Shown here: positions 32,711-40,840 of the stretch, one piece after another
Layout: the number at the start of each line of letters is the position of its first letter
Position numbering within the stretch: the first letter of the stretch is position 1
Source of the DNA: Bdellovibrionales bacterium
GTDB taxonomy: Bacteria; Bdellovibrionota; Bdellovibrionia; Bdellovibrionales; UBA1609
DNA: 64,000 nt
NCBI GenBank assembly: GCA_965205945.1
Contig: CBDBIB010000003.1
Location: forward strand, 640,394-704,393
Direction of reading: 5' to 3'
Position numbers and translations under genes: made by a program
The notes under the pieces: model-generated
What the model saw: only the letters and a program-made list of their open reading frames with translations
The model's database searches: none
What the model was told of the DNA's origin: nothing

Positions 32711-33169
32711 TTATTTAGTTTCTACTTTTTTTTTCAACGCCTCATTCATTGAATTTAGCATGCTAGGCACCGTAGTTTTTATACTGTTCCAAAACATGGG
32801 CACAAGAAGTCCTTTAAAGTATTCTTTGTGAATTAATCGTGTGCCATCTGGTGTTGCTTCTAATTCAAAAGATTTATCATTAGTGAAAATAAATCCGGCT
32901 ATCATTTTAGCGCGCCATCGAAAAGACTTAGCTTCATTAAAAAATGTGATTATAGGTTGGTAAGAAGGCCCATCCTTGCCTCCTTTTCCCTCTTTGCCTG
33001 TCATTATGATTGATAATTTTGCCCCTAAAAAAGGATCACCTTTTGATTTTTGAATAATAGGACTCCATTCATACCAGTTTTTAATATTAGAAATAATACT
33101 CCACACTTTATCTGGAGATGCAGAAATTTGAATTTCTGTTTTAATTTCTCGCATACTTTTTCCTTTCAT
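32711..33169 (-). CDS. SRPBCC (polyketide cyclase/START-like) domain protein
   Basis: TEIQISASPDKVWSII....W.EWSP...FRWR...GTRLIHKEYF.G...MNEALKKKVE. Confidence 0.85.
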   Translation of the reverse strand: MKGKSMREIKTEIQISASPDKVWSIISNIKNWYEWSPIIQKSKGDPFLGAKLSIIMTGKEGKGGKDGPSYQPIITFFNEAKSFRWRAKMIAGFIFTNDKSFELEATPDGTRLIHKEYFKGLLVPMFWNSIKTTVPSMLNSMNEALKKKVETK

Positions 33170-33445
33170 TTAAAACACCACTATTTTAAAATAGACACAA
33201 ATAAAAACACCAATAATTATTTTCTTTATTATAGTTTCTTACATGCAGCTTTAAAAGTAATGATCTAATTTAAATCATATTCATATTGTATTTGTCTAGT
33301 TATATTGCCAAAAGCCTTCTAATTACTTTTCTTTATTAACGATAAGTTGATTTTTAGAGTGTTATTTAAATTGTCTTTTTTAGAATATAGCGTTAGTAAT
33401 AATATTTTTAATAAAGGTGGGGAACCTTTTTATTTAATGTTGAGC

Positions 33446-33928
33446 CTATTTTTTCCAACTAAAACTGTTTAAAGAATTTCCACAAGCAATGAATTCATTA
33501 TTAACTTTGTTTGACTGGCAGGTTAGAGTAACAAGTTTATTATTTTTTATACTTATGTACTGCTTAAAGATTTTTTTAGAGCTTTTGTGCACAGCCTTAA
33601 TCAAGTAGCCGTAGGTGATTTTGTTAAGTTTAAGAGGAGTTTTTTGAGTAATTTTAAAACCGTAAGAATTATAGTCGATTAACCATGTGTGTACATTTTT
33701 CTTTAAAGATTTCTCTTTAAGATAATTAAACTCACGAATTGTGAAAGTTGATTTTTTTGATGGTGATTCAAAAGCCTGTTGAAGAGTTGAGATGTCTTTT
33801 AGTGCTAATTTACGCCATTTTACTTCATTAGTAATTAAGTAATCTTTAAATTCAATGGAAGCAAGACTTTGTATGCTTAGGGAAAAGATTAAAAAACTTA
33901 GGATTTTCATTAGTTTAGATGTTTTCAT
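33446..33928 (-). CDS. Secreted hypothetical protein
   Basis: Signal-peptide-like N-terminus (…SLA); overlaps the mutY stop. Confidence 0.55.
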   Translation of the reverse strand: MKTSKLMKILSFLIFSLSIQSLASIEFKDYLITNEVKWRKLALKDISTLQQAFESPSKKSTFTIREFNYLKEKSLKKNVHTWLIDYNSYGFKITQKTPLKLNKITYGYLIKAVHKSSKKIFKQYISIKNNKLVTLTCQSNKVNNEFIACGNSLNSFSWKK

Positions 33929-34934
33929 AAAAGTTAGGGTGTTGCCAAATCTTTTCGATAAGAGATGATGGTGTGGCTCTTTTAAGCTTTATTCTTTCTG
34001 TTTTTTGAGGCCTTGGTCCGGGTTTTGGGTTGTTTATAAACTTAATAAAGAGGTTATGGTTGGTGATGGTGTGCATGAAATCATATTTTTTAGGCTTTTT
34101 CTTAAGTTTTTTAAAAGAGCCTAGGGGGAGTATATTTTTTTTTAAAATAGGTGAGCTGATATCTTTAGCATTTATTGCGTAAAGAGCCTTAGAACCTAAA
34201 CAGTTTTTGTAAACACTATATTGCCAAAATTCTTTTTTTTTTCTTGGCCTTGGGAGTGGAAGTTTGTTTTGAAGTCTTTTTTTAAATGTTTCACAAACTT
34301 TAGTTAAAGGACATAGTGAGCACATTACTTTTTTAGGGGTGCAAATAGTTGAGCCTAAATCCATAAGAGCTGGGTTTATAATTTTAGGAGGAGCGATTTG
34401 GCAAAGAGTGTCAGAAAAATTTTGAGTAGAGTTAAAAAAGCTTTTTTTCCACCAATCTAGTTTTTGCCCCAAAAGTCTGTTGTAAACTCGAAGAACATTT
34501 CCATCTACAACGCCAACTTTTTCATTAAAACAAATACTGCTAATGGCCCTAGAAGTGTATGGTCCTATGCCTGGAAGCGTGAGAAGTTTTTCAGCTGTAT
34601 TAGGAAGTTTGCCGTTAAAATTAGAGTCTATAATTTGTGCAGCTTTAAGAATATTTCTAGCTCTAGAATAGTAGCCAAGACCCGCCCAGTACTCGTTAAC
34701 TTCTTCTTGTTTAGCCTTTGCTAGATCACTTACAGAGGGCCATTTTTCTGTAAACCGTATAAAATAGGGTCTAACCGCTTGTGTAGTGGTTTGTTGTAGC
34801 ATGATCTCTGAAATCCAAACTAGATAAGGGTTTTGTCTAGGTTTTCTCCAAGGCAAGTTTCTCTTATTAGATTTAAACCATTTTATAAGGTGCTTTGAAA
34901 TTTCTATGGAGTTTAGGCTTTGATTTGAGGTCAT
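33915..34934 (-). CDS. mutY: A/G-specific adenine glycosylase with reduced C-terminal domain
   Basis: LPWR, WISEIMLQQT, GLGYYSRARN, LPGIGPYT, DGNV and Fe-S motif CTPKKVMCSLCPLTKVC; start MTSNQ at 34934 avoids overlap with the divergent gene. Confidence 0.92.
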   Translation of the reverse strand: MTSNQSLNSIEISKHLIKWFKSNKRNLPWRKPRQNPYLVWISEIMLQQTTTQAVRPYFIRFTEKWPSVSDLAKAKQEEVNEYWAGLGYYSRARNILKAAQIIDSNFNGKLPNTAEKLLTLPGIGPYTSRAISSICFNEKVGVVDGNVLRVYNRLLGQKLDWWKKSFFNSTQNFSDTLCQIAPPKIINPALMDLGSTICTPKKVMCSLCPLTKVCETFKKRLQNKLPLPRPRKKKEFWQYSVYKNCLGSKALYAINAKDISSPILKKNILPLGSFKKLKKKPKKYDFMHTITNHNLFIKFINNPKPGPRPQKTERIKLKRATPSSLIEKIWQHPNFYENI

Positions 34935-34982
34935 AATGGACCTTATTTTGACTCTTTTTTGTCTATGTGTCACATCTTAATG

Positions 34983-35960
34983 ATGTCAAATGTACACTTT
35001 TTACCTATTCATGGTCGCCAGATGCCTCGTTTTGGTGGAATTAAAACCTTTTTTAGACTTCCTCATATTAAGAAAACAGATGAGCTTTTTAAAAACTTAG
35101 ATATTGCAATTTTTGGGGTTCCTTTTGATGGGGGGGTCTCTTATAGGCCTGGGGCTAGGTTTGCCCCATCTAAAATTAGAGAGGTTTCTTCATTAGGTAG
35201 AGGTTATCATTTTTCAAGAGATCTTACGGTTTTTGATAGTTTAAATGTAGCAGACACAGGGGACTGCTTAGTGACTCCTATGTCTGTTGAAAAAACATAT
35301 GAACTTATTAAAGCGTATACGGGAGAGCTTTTAGAAAAAAATAAAAAATTTATTTCAGTGGGCGGTGACCATTCAACAACGCTTGCTCATCTTAGGGCAT
35401 TAAAGGAAAAAAATGGAAAAGCAGTATCATTGCTTCATTTTGATGCCCATTTAGATACCTATGCTTCAGCATGGGGTTGTGAATATCACCATGGCGCTTT
35501 TGTAAGGCATGCTGTAAATGAGGGCTTGATTGATTCAAAAACCTCTATTCAAATTGGTATTAGAGGGTCTTTAGCTGGAAAATCTGACTTAGATTTTAAT
35601 GTAGAGCATGGCCTTTCATATATTACCGTAGACAACATTCGTTTAAAAACTTTAAGTCAAGTTATGAGTAAGATACATGGGCATTTAAAACAAGAGTCTG
35701 TATTTTTAAGCTTTGATATTGATTGCCTTGATCCAAGTTGTGCGCCAGGAACTGGAACTCCTGTTCATGGAGGTCTTACAGTGTATGAGGTTCAAAAGAT
35801 TTTTCAGGAGCTTAGAATTAAAAATTTAGTTGGAGCAGATATTGTAGAGGTTTGTCCTCCTTACGACACAGCAGAGATTACAGCTTTGGCAGCGGTAGAT
35901 GTTATGTTTGAAATTTTGTGCTTGTATAAAATTGAGATGAACAATGGTCATAAAATTTAA
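34983..35960 (+). CDS. speB: Agmatinase / guanidinobutyrase-type ureohydrolase
   Basis: PRFGG..TFFRLP, GARFAP, GGDHS, DAHLD, SFDIDCLDP..APGTGTP and EVCP. Confidence 0.85.
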   Translation: MSNVHFLPIHGRQMPRFGGIKTFFRLPHIKKTDELFKNLDIAIFGVPFDGGVSYRPGARFAPSKIREVSSLGRGYHFSRDLTVFDSLNVADTGDCLVTPMSVEKTYELIKAYTGELLEKNKKFISVGGDHSTTLAHLRALKEKNGKAVSLLHFDAHLDTYASAWGCEYHHGAFVRHAVNEGLIDSKTSIQIGIRGSLAGKSDLDFNVEHGLSYITVDNIRLKTLSQVMSKIHGHLKQESVFLSFDIDCLDPSCAPGTGTPVHGGLTVYEVQKIFQELRIKNLVGADIVEVCPPYDTAEITALAAVDVMFEILCLYKIEMNNGHKI

Positions 35961-37395
35961 TAGAGTAAAAGAAAAGTTTCATCATGAAAATTGGCCGACC
36001 CCAGTTTTTTATGCTCCGGTATTTTTATACTATCTTTATAATTCACTAAAATTTAGAAAATTAAATTATTTTACCACTGCAAATCCAGGTCTAAAGGCAG
36101 GTGGAATGTGTGGTTTTTCAAAATTTGAATCATTTAAACTTCTTCCCTTAAAAGTTATCCCTACTACGATTTTATTAAATAATAAGCTTTATAGTGAGCA
36201 GCAGATTAAAGAGATGTTGAGTGAAAAAGGGTTAGAGTTTCCACTGGTGGTGAAGCCAGATCAAGGGGAGCGTGGGTTTTTGGTGTCTAAAGTAGATAAT
36301 CTAAGAGAGCTAGTAGAAACAATAAGTAATAAGACTTTAAAAATAAATTTTTTAATTCAAGAGTTTATTGACGAGCCTTTAGAGTTGGGTGTTTTTTTAA
36401 TAAGGCAAAATAAAGAGTGGAAGGTGTCTTCTATTACATCAAAGGATTTTTTAAGTGTTTTAGGTAATGGGGTAAAAACCATTAAACAGCTTATTGTAGA
36501 AGATAAGAGAGGTCGAAAATATTTTAATCCTTCTAAAATGAAGCTTGATCTTAAAAGAGTGCCTAAGCATAATGAAAGAGTTTTGCTTGAACCTATTGGT
36601 AATCATTGTAGAGGAACTAAGTTTGTAAATGAATGTGGTAGCATCACAAAAGAAACACATAAGGTTTTTAATAATTTTTTAAAAGATGTTAAGGGCATTA
36701 ATTATTGTAGATTGGATTTAAGGTCTTCATCTTGGCAAGCTCTTTATAAAGGTAGGTTTAAAATATTAGAAATTAATGGTGTTTCAGCAGAGCCTGGGCA
36801 TATTTATGATTCATCTGTATCTTTAATAAGAGCTTATAAGGATTTATTCTTTCATTGGAATGAAATGGCTTGTGTGGCTAAAGAGCAAGTCTTAAAAGGC
36901 GAAAAGGCAGAGAAGTTTTTTGATACCATGGGGTTTATAAGAACTCATATGAAACGAAAAAAAGAACTTCAAAGAGCTAAAGATTTAGTTATTGATGTTA
37001 TAGGCTGTAAAGGGTTAAATCTTTCTTTGGATCCGGAGGTGATCTTAAATAAATTTTCACAAGAAGAGTTGACGTTAAATCATAAATGTGTAGAAACCAC
37101 TTATGGTTATGAGAGAGCAGTGCTTTTTAAAAACAAAGATGTTGAGATTGTATTTTGCCATTGGCGTCCAGGAGATAAAAGTTCTGTACATCTACATCCA
37201 GGTGTAAACTGTTGGTTTAAATGCCTAAAAGGTGATATTGTTGAATTAAGATCAATGGGAAAAGAACAAAATTTTCTTACTAAAGGAGCTATAGGAAATA
37301 TTGACGACACAAAAGGCGCTCACCAAATGCTTAACATGTCTAATGAGTGCGCTTACTCAGTTCATATATATCAAACTAAAAAAGAGAATTCATGA
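35944..37395 (+). CDS. Fusion of an ATP-grasp ligase (Ddl-like uncharacterised family) and a C-terminal cysteine dioxygenase domain
   Basis: ATP-grasp: FPLVVKPDQGERG, LIQEFI, RLDLR, ILEING. CDO: Y389-E-R391, W..G..S.H416-L-H418, C423, H460, S472-V-H474-I-Y476. One continuous ORF. Confidence 0.85.
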   Translation: MVIKFNRVKEKFHHENWPTPVFYAPVFLYYLYNSLKFRKLNYFTTANPGLKAGGMCGFSKFESFKLLPLKVIPTTILLNNKLYSEQQIKEMLSEKGLEFPLVVKPDQGERGFLVSKVDNLRELVETISNKTLKINFLIQEFIDEPLELGVFLIRQNKEWKVSSITSKDFLSVLGNGVKTIKQLIVEDKRGRKYFNPSKMKLDLKRVPKHNERVLLEPIGNHCRGTKFVNECGSITKETHKVFNNFLKDVKGINYCRLDLRSSSWQALYKGRFKILEINGVSAEPGHIYDSSVSLIRAYKDLFFHWNEMACVAKEQVLKGEKAEKFFDTMGFIRTHMKRKKELQRAKDLVIDVIGCKGLNLSLDPEVILNKFSQEELTLNHKCVETTYGYERAVLFKNKDVEIVFCHWRPGDKSSVHLHPGVNCWFKCLKGDIVELRSMGKEQNFLTKGAIGNIDDTKGAHQMLNMSNECAYSVHIYQTKKENS

Positions 37396-38783
37396 AAGAT
37401 CTGCTTTTTCATATTCTGGAAAAAGCATTGCTTTTAAAAGAAAAACCTTTAGTAAGCTTAAAATCTCCCAAAAAACTTACGGAGTCTTTTGATCTAAGTT
37501 TAAAAGATGAAAAATATTTAGGCGATGCTAAAAATCTAATAGATTCTGTTTTTAAAAACTCTGTAAATACTCAAAACCCAAGATTCTTAAATCAGCTCTA
37601 CGGAGGGTCAACTCAAGAATCTTGGATAGGTGAATTTTTAGTTTCCATTTTAAATACTTCTATGGCTACATATGAAATAGCGCCGCTAGCAACTCTTATG
37701 GAAAAAGAATTGATTAAAAGTGTTAATAAAAAAGTGGGTTTTCCTAAAGTTGAAGGACTCATGGTTCCAGGTGGGAGTTATGCTAACATGCTCGGTCTTC
37801 AGTGTGCTAGATACACTCATAATAGAAAAATAAAAGAACAGGGGCTGTATGATTCTCCAAAATACAAGGTTTTTATTTCAAAGGAAGCTCATTATTCTTT
37901 TGAAAAAGCCTTAGGTCTTATGGGGCTAGGAACAAACTCTTTAGTTGAGGTGAAAATAAGCCTAGATAAGAAGATGCTTAGTTTAGATTTAGAGTTAAAA
38001 ATTAAGAAGTGTTTAGCTGAGGGTGGAGTGCCTCTTTGTGTTGTTTCAACTGCAGGAACAACTGTTTGGGGTTCATTTGATCCAATTAAAGAAATTGATG
38101 AAATTTGTAAGAAATTTCAAGTTTGGCACCATGTTGATGCTGCCTGGGGGGGGCTGGGTCTTTGGTCACATAGGGGAAAAGACCTTTTTAAAGGTCTTAA
38201 GCAAGTAGACTCTATTACTATTGATTTTCATAAACTTTTTGCATCTACGTTAACAAAGGGACTTTTTTTAACATCACATAAGAACGTGCTTAAAGGGGCT
38301 AATTCTGGTGGAGGAACAAAATATATCTTTCACAGTGCAGATGAAGAAGAAATTTCATATGATATAGGCACTTACGCAATTCAGTGTGGTCGAAAGGTAG
38401 ACTCTTTACCTGTATGGTTTCAGTGGAAAATGGGTGGAACTGATCAGTTTAAAAATAAAGCCTCCCACTTATATAAACTGGTAAACTGGACCACAGAATA
38501 TCTTTTAAAAGAAGCTAAAGAGTATAAATTGCAACTAAGTCCTGAATACATGAATATATGCTTTCAAATGCTTCCTGGAGACAACAAACTAGATGTAGGA
38601 GAGTTTAATAAAAGAGCGAGAGCTCTTTTATTAAAGCGTGGAAACTTTATGGTGAATTTTTCTAGCACAGAAGAAGATGGTGTTTTTTTTAGATTAGTAC
38701 TAAGTCACTGGGGACTTACACAAAATATTCTTGAAGAGTTTTTTATTGAGTTAAAAAATATTAAAGAAGAGCTTAAATTCTAG
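37392..38783 (+). CDS. Group II PLP-dependent decarboxylase of animal GAD/CSAD type (putative cysteine sulfinate decarboxylase)
   Basis: FLNQLYGG...LNTSMATYEIAP, PGGSYAN, AHYS, TAGTTVWGSFD, HVDAAWGG, FHK (PLP lysine) and IQCGRK. Confidence 0.88.
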   Translation: MKDLLFHILEKALLLKEKPLVSLKSPKKLTESFDLSLKDEKYLGDAKNLIDSVFKNSVNTQNPRFLNQLYGGSTQESWIGEFLVSILNTSMATYEIAPLATLMEKELIKSVNKKVGFPKVEGLMVPGGSYANMLGLQCARYTHNRKIKEQGLYDSPKYKVFISKEAHYSFEKALGLMGLGTNSLVEVKISLDKKMLSLDLELKIKKCLAEGGVPLCVVSTAGTTVWGSFDPIKEIDEICKKFQVWHHVDAAWGGLGLWSHRGKDLFKGLKQVDSITIDFHKLFASTLTKGLFLTSHKNVLKGANSGGGTKYIFHSADEEEISYDIGTYAIQCGRKVDSLPVWFQWKMGGTDQFKNKASHLYKLVNWTTEYLLKEAKEYKLQLSPEYMNICFQMLPGDNKLDVGEFNKRARALLLKRGNFMVNFSSTEEDGVFFRLVLSHWGLTQNILEEFFIELKNIKEELKF

Positions 38784-38804
38784 TTCTTATGAGGAGAGTT
38801 TAAA

Positions 38805-39785
38805 TTGGAATTTTTTCCTGAATTAGATCAAATTGAAAAAGTAACAAAAAGGTTAAAACGTCAAGGAGTACCCTTTGAACGTAACACATTGGCTCAAATA
38901 GAGCATAAAGGTAAAAAATATCCAATACAGGGTTTTGTTATAGGATCAAAAAATCCAGAGGCCCCAACACTTGGTTTATATGGTAGTGTTCATGGTTTAG
39001 AGAAAATTGGAACACATGTTATTTTAAATTACTTAAACTCCCTTGCATTTAGATACTCTTTAAATTTATACATAAGAAAAAAATTTGAATCTTTTAGAAT
39101 TGTATCTATACCTATGGTGAACCCATATGGGGTAAAGCACAATAAAAGAGGCAATATGAATGGGGTTGATCTTATGAGAAACTCCCCAGTAAAAGCAATA
39201 GGCAAAACCTTACCATTTCTTTCAGGTCACCGAATATCTCCTAGAATTTGGTGGTACAGAGGTGAAGAGAATAAAATGGAGCAGGAGTCGTTGGCCCTCA
39301 TCAATTTTGTAAAAGAACAGATGTTTTCTTCAGAATTTTCTATGGCTCTAGATCTACATTCTGGTTTTGGATTAAGGGACAGGTTGTGGTATCCATACTC
39401 AAAAGCAGTAGGGATATTCCCCTTAGAGCATGAAGCTAGAAATCTAAAAAGAACAATGAAACTTATTAACCCCTTTCATATTTATAAGATTGAACCTCAA
39501 TCAGACTCTTATTTAATTCATGGTGATTTGTGGGATCATATGTTTGATTTACATTTTTTAGATTCTAAATACAAAGGGTTTTTTTTACCGTGGACTTTGG
39601 AGATGGGAAGTTGGAATTGGATTAAGAAAAATCCATTTCAAATTTTTTCACAAAAAGGCTGGTTTTATCCAATGAAACTACATAGGGTGAATCGAGTGAT
39701 GAGAAGGCATTGGTGGCTTTTAGACTTTTATACAAACTTTATTGCTAATGGTGGGATAGATTTAAGCTCTAGTAATTTTAAATAG
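38805..39785 (+). CDS. M14 zinc carboxypeptidase/deacylase-like protein (DUF2817-like)
   Basis: VHGLE (HxxE), NPYG...RGNMNGVDLMRN, DLHSG and TLEMG; GAGGAG SD before a TTG start. Confidence 0.85.
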   Translation: MEFFPELDQIEKVTKRLKRQGVPFERNTLAQIEHKGKKYPIQGFVIGSKNPEAPTLGLYGSVHGLEKIGTHVILNYLNSLAFRYSLNLYIRKKFESFRIVSIPMVNPYGVKHNKRGNMNGVDLMRNSPVKAIGKTLPFLSGHRISPRIWWYRGEENKMEQESLALINFVKEQMFSSEFSMALDLHSGFGLRDRLWYPYSKAVGIFPLEHEARNLKRTMKLINPFHIYKIEPQSDSYLIHGDLWDHMFDLHFLDSKYKGFFLPWTLEMGSWNWIKKNPFQIFSQKGWFYPMKLHRVNRVMRRHWWLLDFYTNFIANGGIDLSSSNFK

Positions 39786-39939
39786 CAGAACAATTTTTTA
39801 ATAGAGTTTTTTTAAAAGTAATGAGAATAAGAATTTGTCTTAATAGATTATTTCATAATGTAGGTAAAAATTATTAAGAGAGTAAGAAATAAGCCTAAAT
39901 AGGCTTTTGTTGAACAAAACCTTGGAGGTTAAGATTAAT

Positions 39940-40773
39940 ATGGAAAAAGTAAAACTTTTACAAGGTGTGACAGCATATGAAGACTTAAATAAAGAGTTTT
40001 TAAAGGTAGTTGTTTTTCTCCATGGTGGAACTATTCCAAGCTGGTGTTATGATCATGTGTTTAAAAAACTTCAGGGCAAAAACTTTAGACTTATAAGGTA
40101 TGATATGTATGGCAGAGGGGAGTCAGATAGTCCAAATCTTAAATATAATAGAATTACATATTTACAACAGTTAGAAAACTTTTTAGAAAATTTAAAAATT
40201 AATAAGGTGCATGCTATTGTTGGATGTTCTTTTGGGGCTTCTTTAGGAACTTTGTTTAGCTTAAAAAATCCCCGCGCTGTTAAGAAAATTATTTATATTT
40301 CTCCAGCTATAAATTGGGTTAATAATATTAAATTGGCAAGAATATTTTTTATTCCTATTCTGGGTAGAATTTTGTTTTATACAGTAGGTAAAAAACTCAT
40401 TAGAAAAAGAGCATTAGGTTTTATGAAGTTTTTAAAAGATGAGGAATTTTTAGTTTATCAAACACTAATAGAAAAACAATTTCATATAAATAATCATGGT
40501 TTTTGGGATTCTCTTTATAAGCAACTTACAACAGATGCGTTAAAGAGTTATCTTGCTGAGTACAAAACTTTAGGGGGTTTGAACCAACATGATGTGAGCC
40601 TTATTTGGGGTATTGGTGATAAGGAAGTAAGTGCGGATGATATAAAAAATATTAAGCAGTATTTTCAAAATATTAATATAAAAAATATAAAGGGAGCTGG
40701 TCATGGTCTTATGGCAGAATTTCCTGAACTGGTGGCAGCGTTTGTTGTAGAGGCTTTAAAGGAGGCGCCTTAA
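39940..40773 (+). CDS. Alpha/beta hydrolase
   Basis: FLHG, YDMYGRGES, GCSFG nucleophile elbow, GAGH; the ORF-track alternative start is 39907. Confidence 0.88.
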   Translation: MEKVKLLQGVTAYEDLNKEFLKVVVFLHGGTIPSWCYDHVFKKLQGKNFRLIRYDMYGRGESDSPNLKYNRITYLQQLENFLENLKINKVHAIVGCSFGASLGTLFSLKNPRAVKKIIYISPAINWVNNIKLARIFFIPILGRILFYTVGKKLIRKRALGFMKFLKDEEFLVYQTLIEKQFHINNHGFWDSLYKQLTTDALKSYLAEYKTLGGLNQHDVSLIWGIGDKEVSADDIKNIKQYFQNINIKNIKGAGHGLMAEFPELVAAFVVEALKEAP

Positions 40774-40840
40774 ATTTTTAGATAGTAGAGTCTTTATTTT
40801 ATGGAGTTTAAAGATTTAGCCTTAAAAACATTACGTTTTT

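Noticed and set aside
34959..34973. Head-to-head overlap of mutY and the agmatinase in the ORF track
   Set aside because: Artefact of longest-ORF starts; downstream ATGs at 34934 and 34983 remove it.
35944..36980. Calling the ATP-grasp domain a true D-Ala-D-Ala ligase (ddl)
   Set aside because: It lacks the Ddl N-terminal GG.S.E..VS and LHG..GEDG motifs and the EVNT.PG ending, and it is not in a cell-wall gene context.
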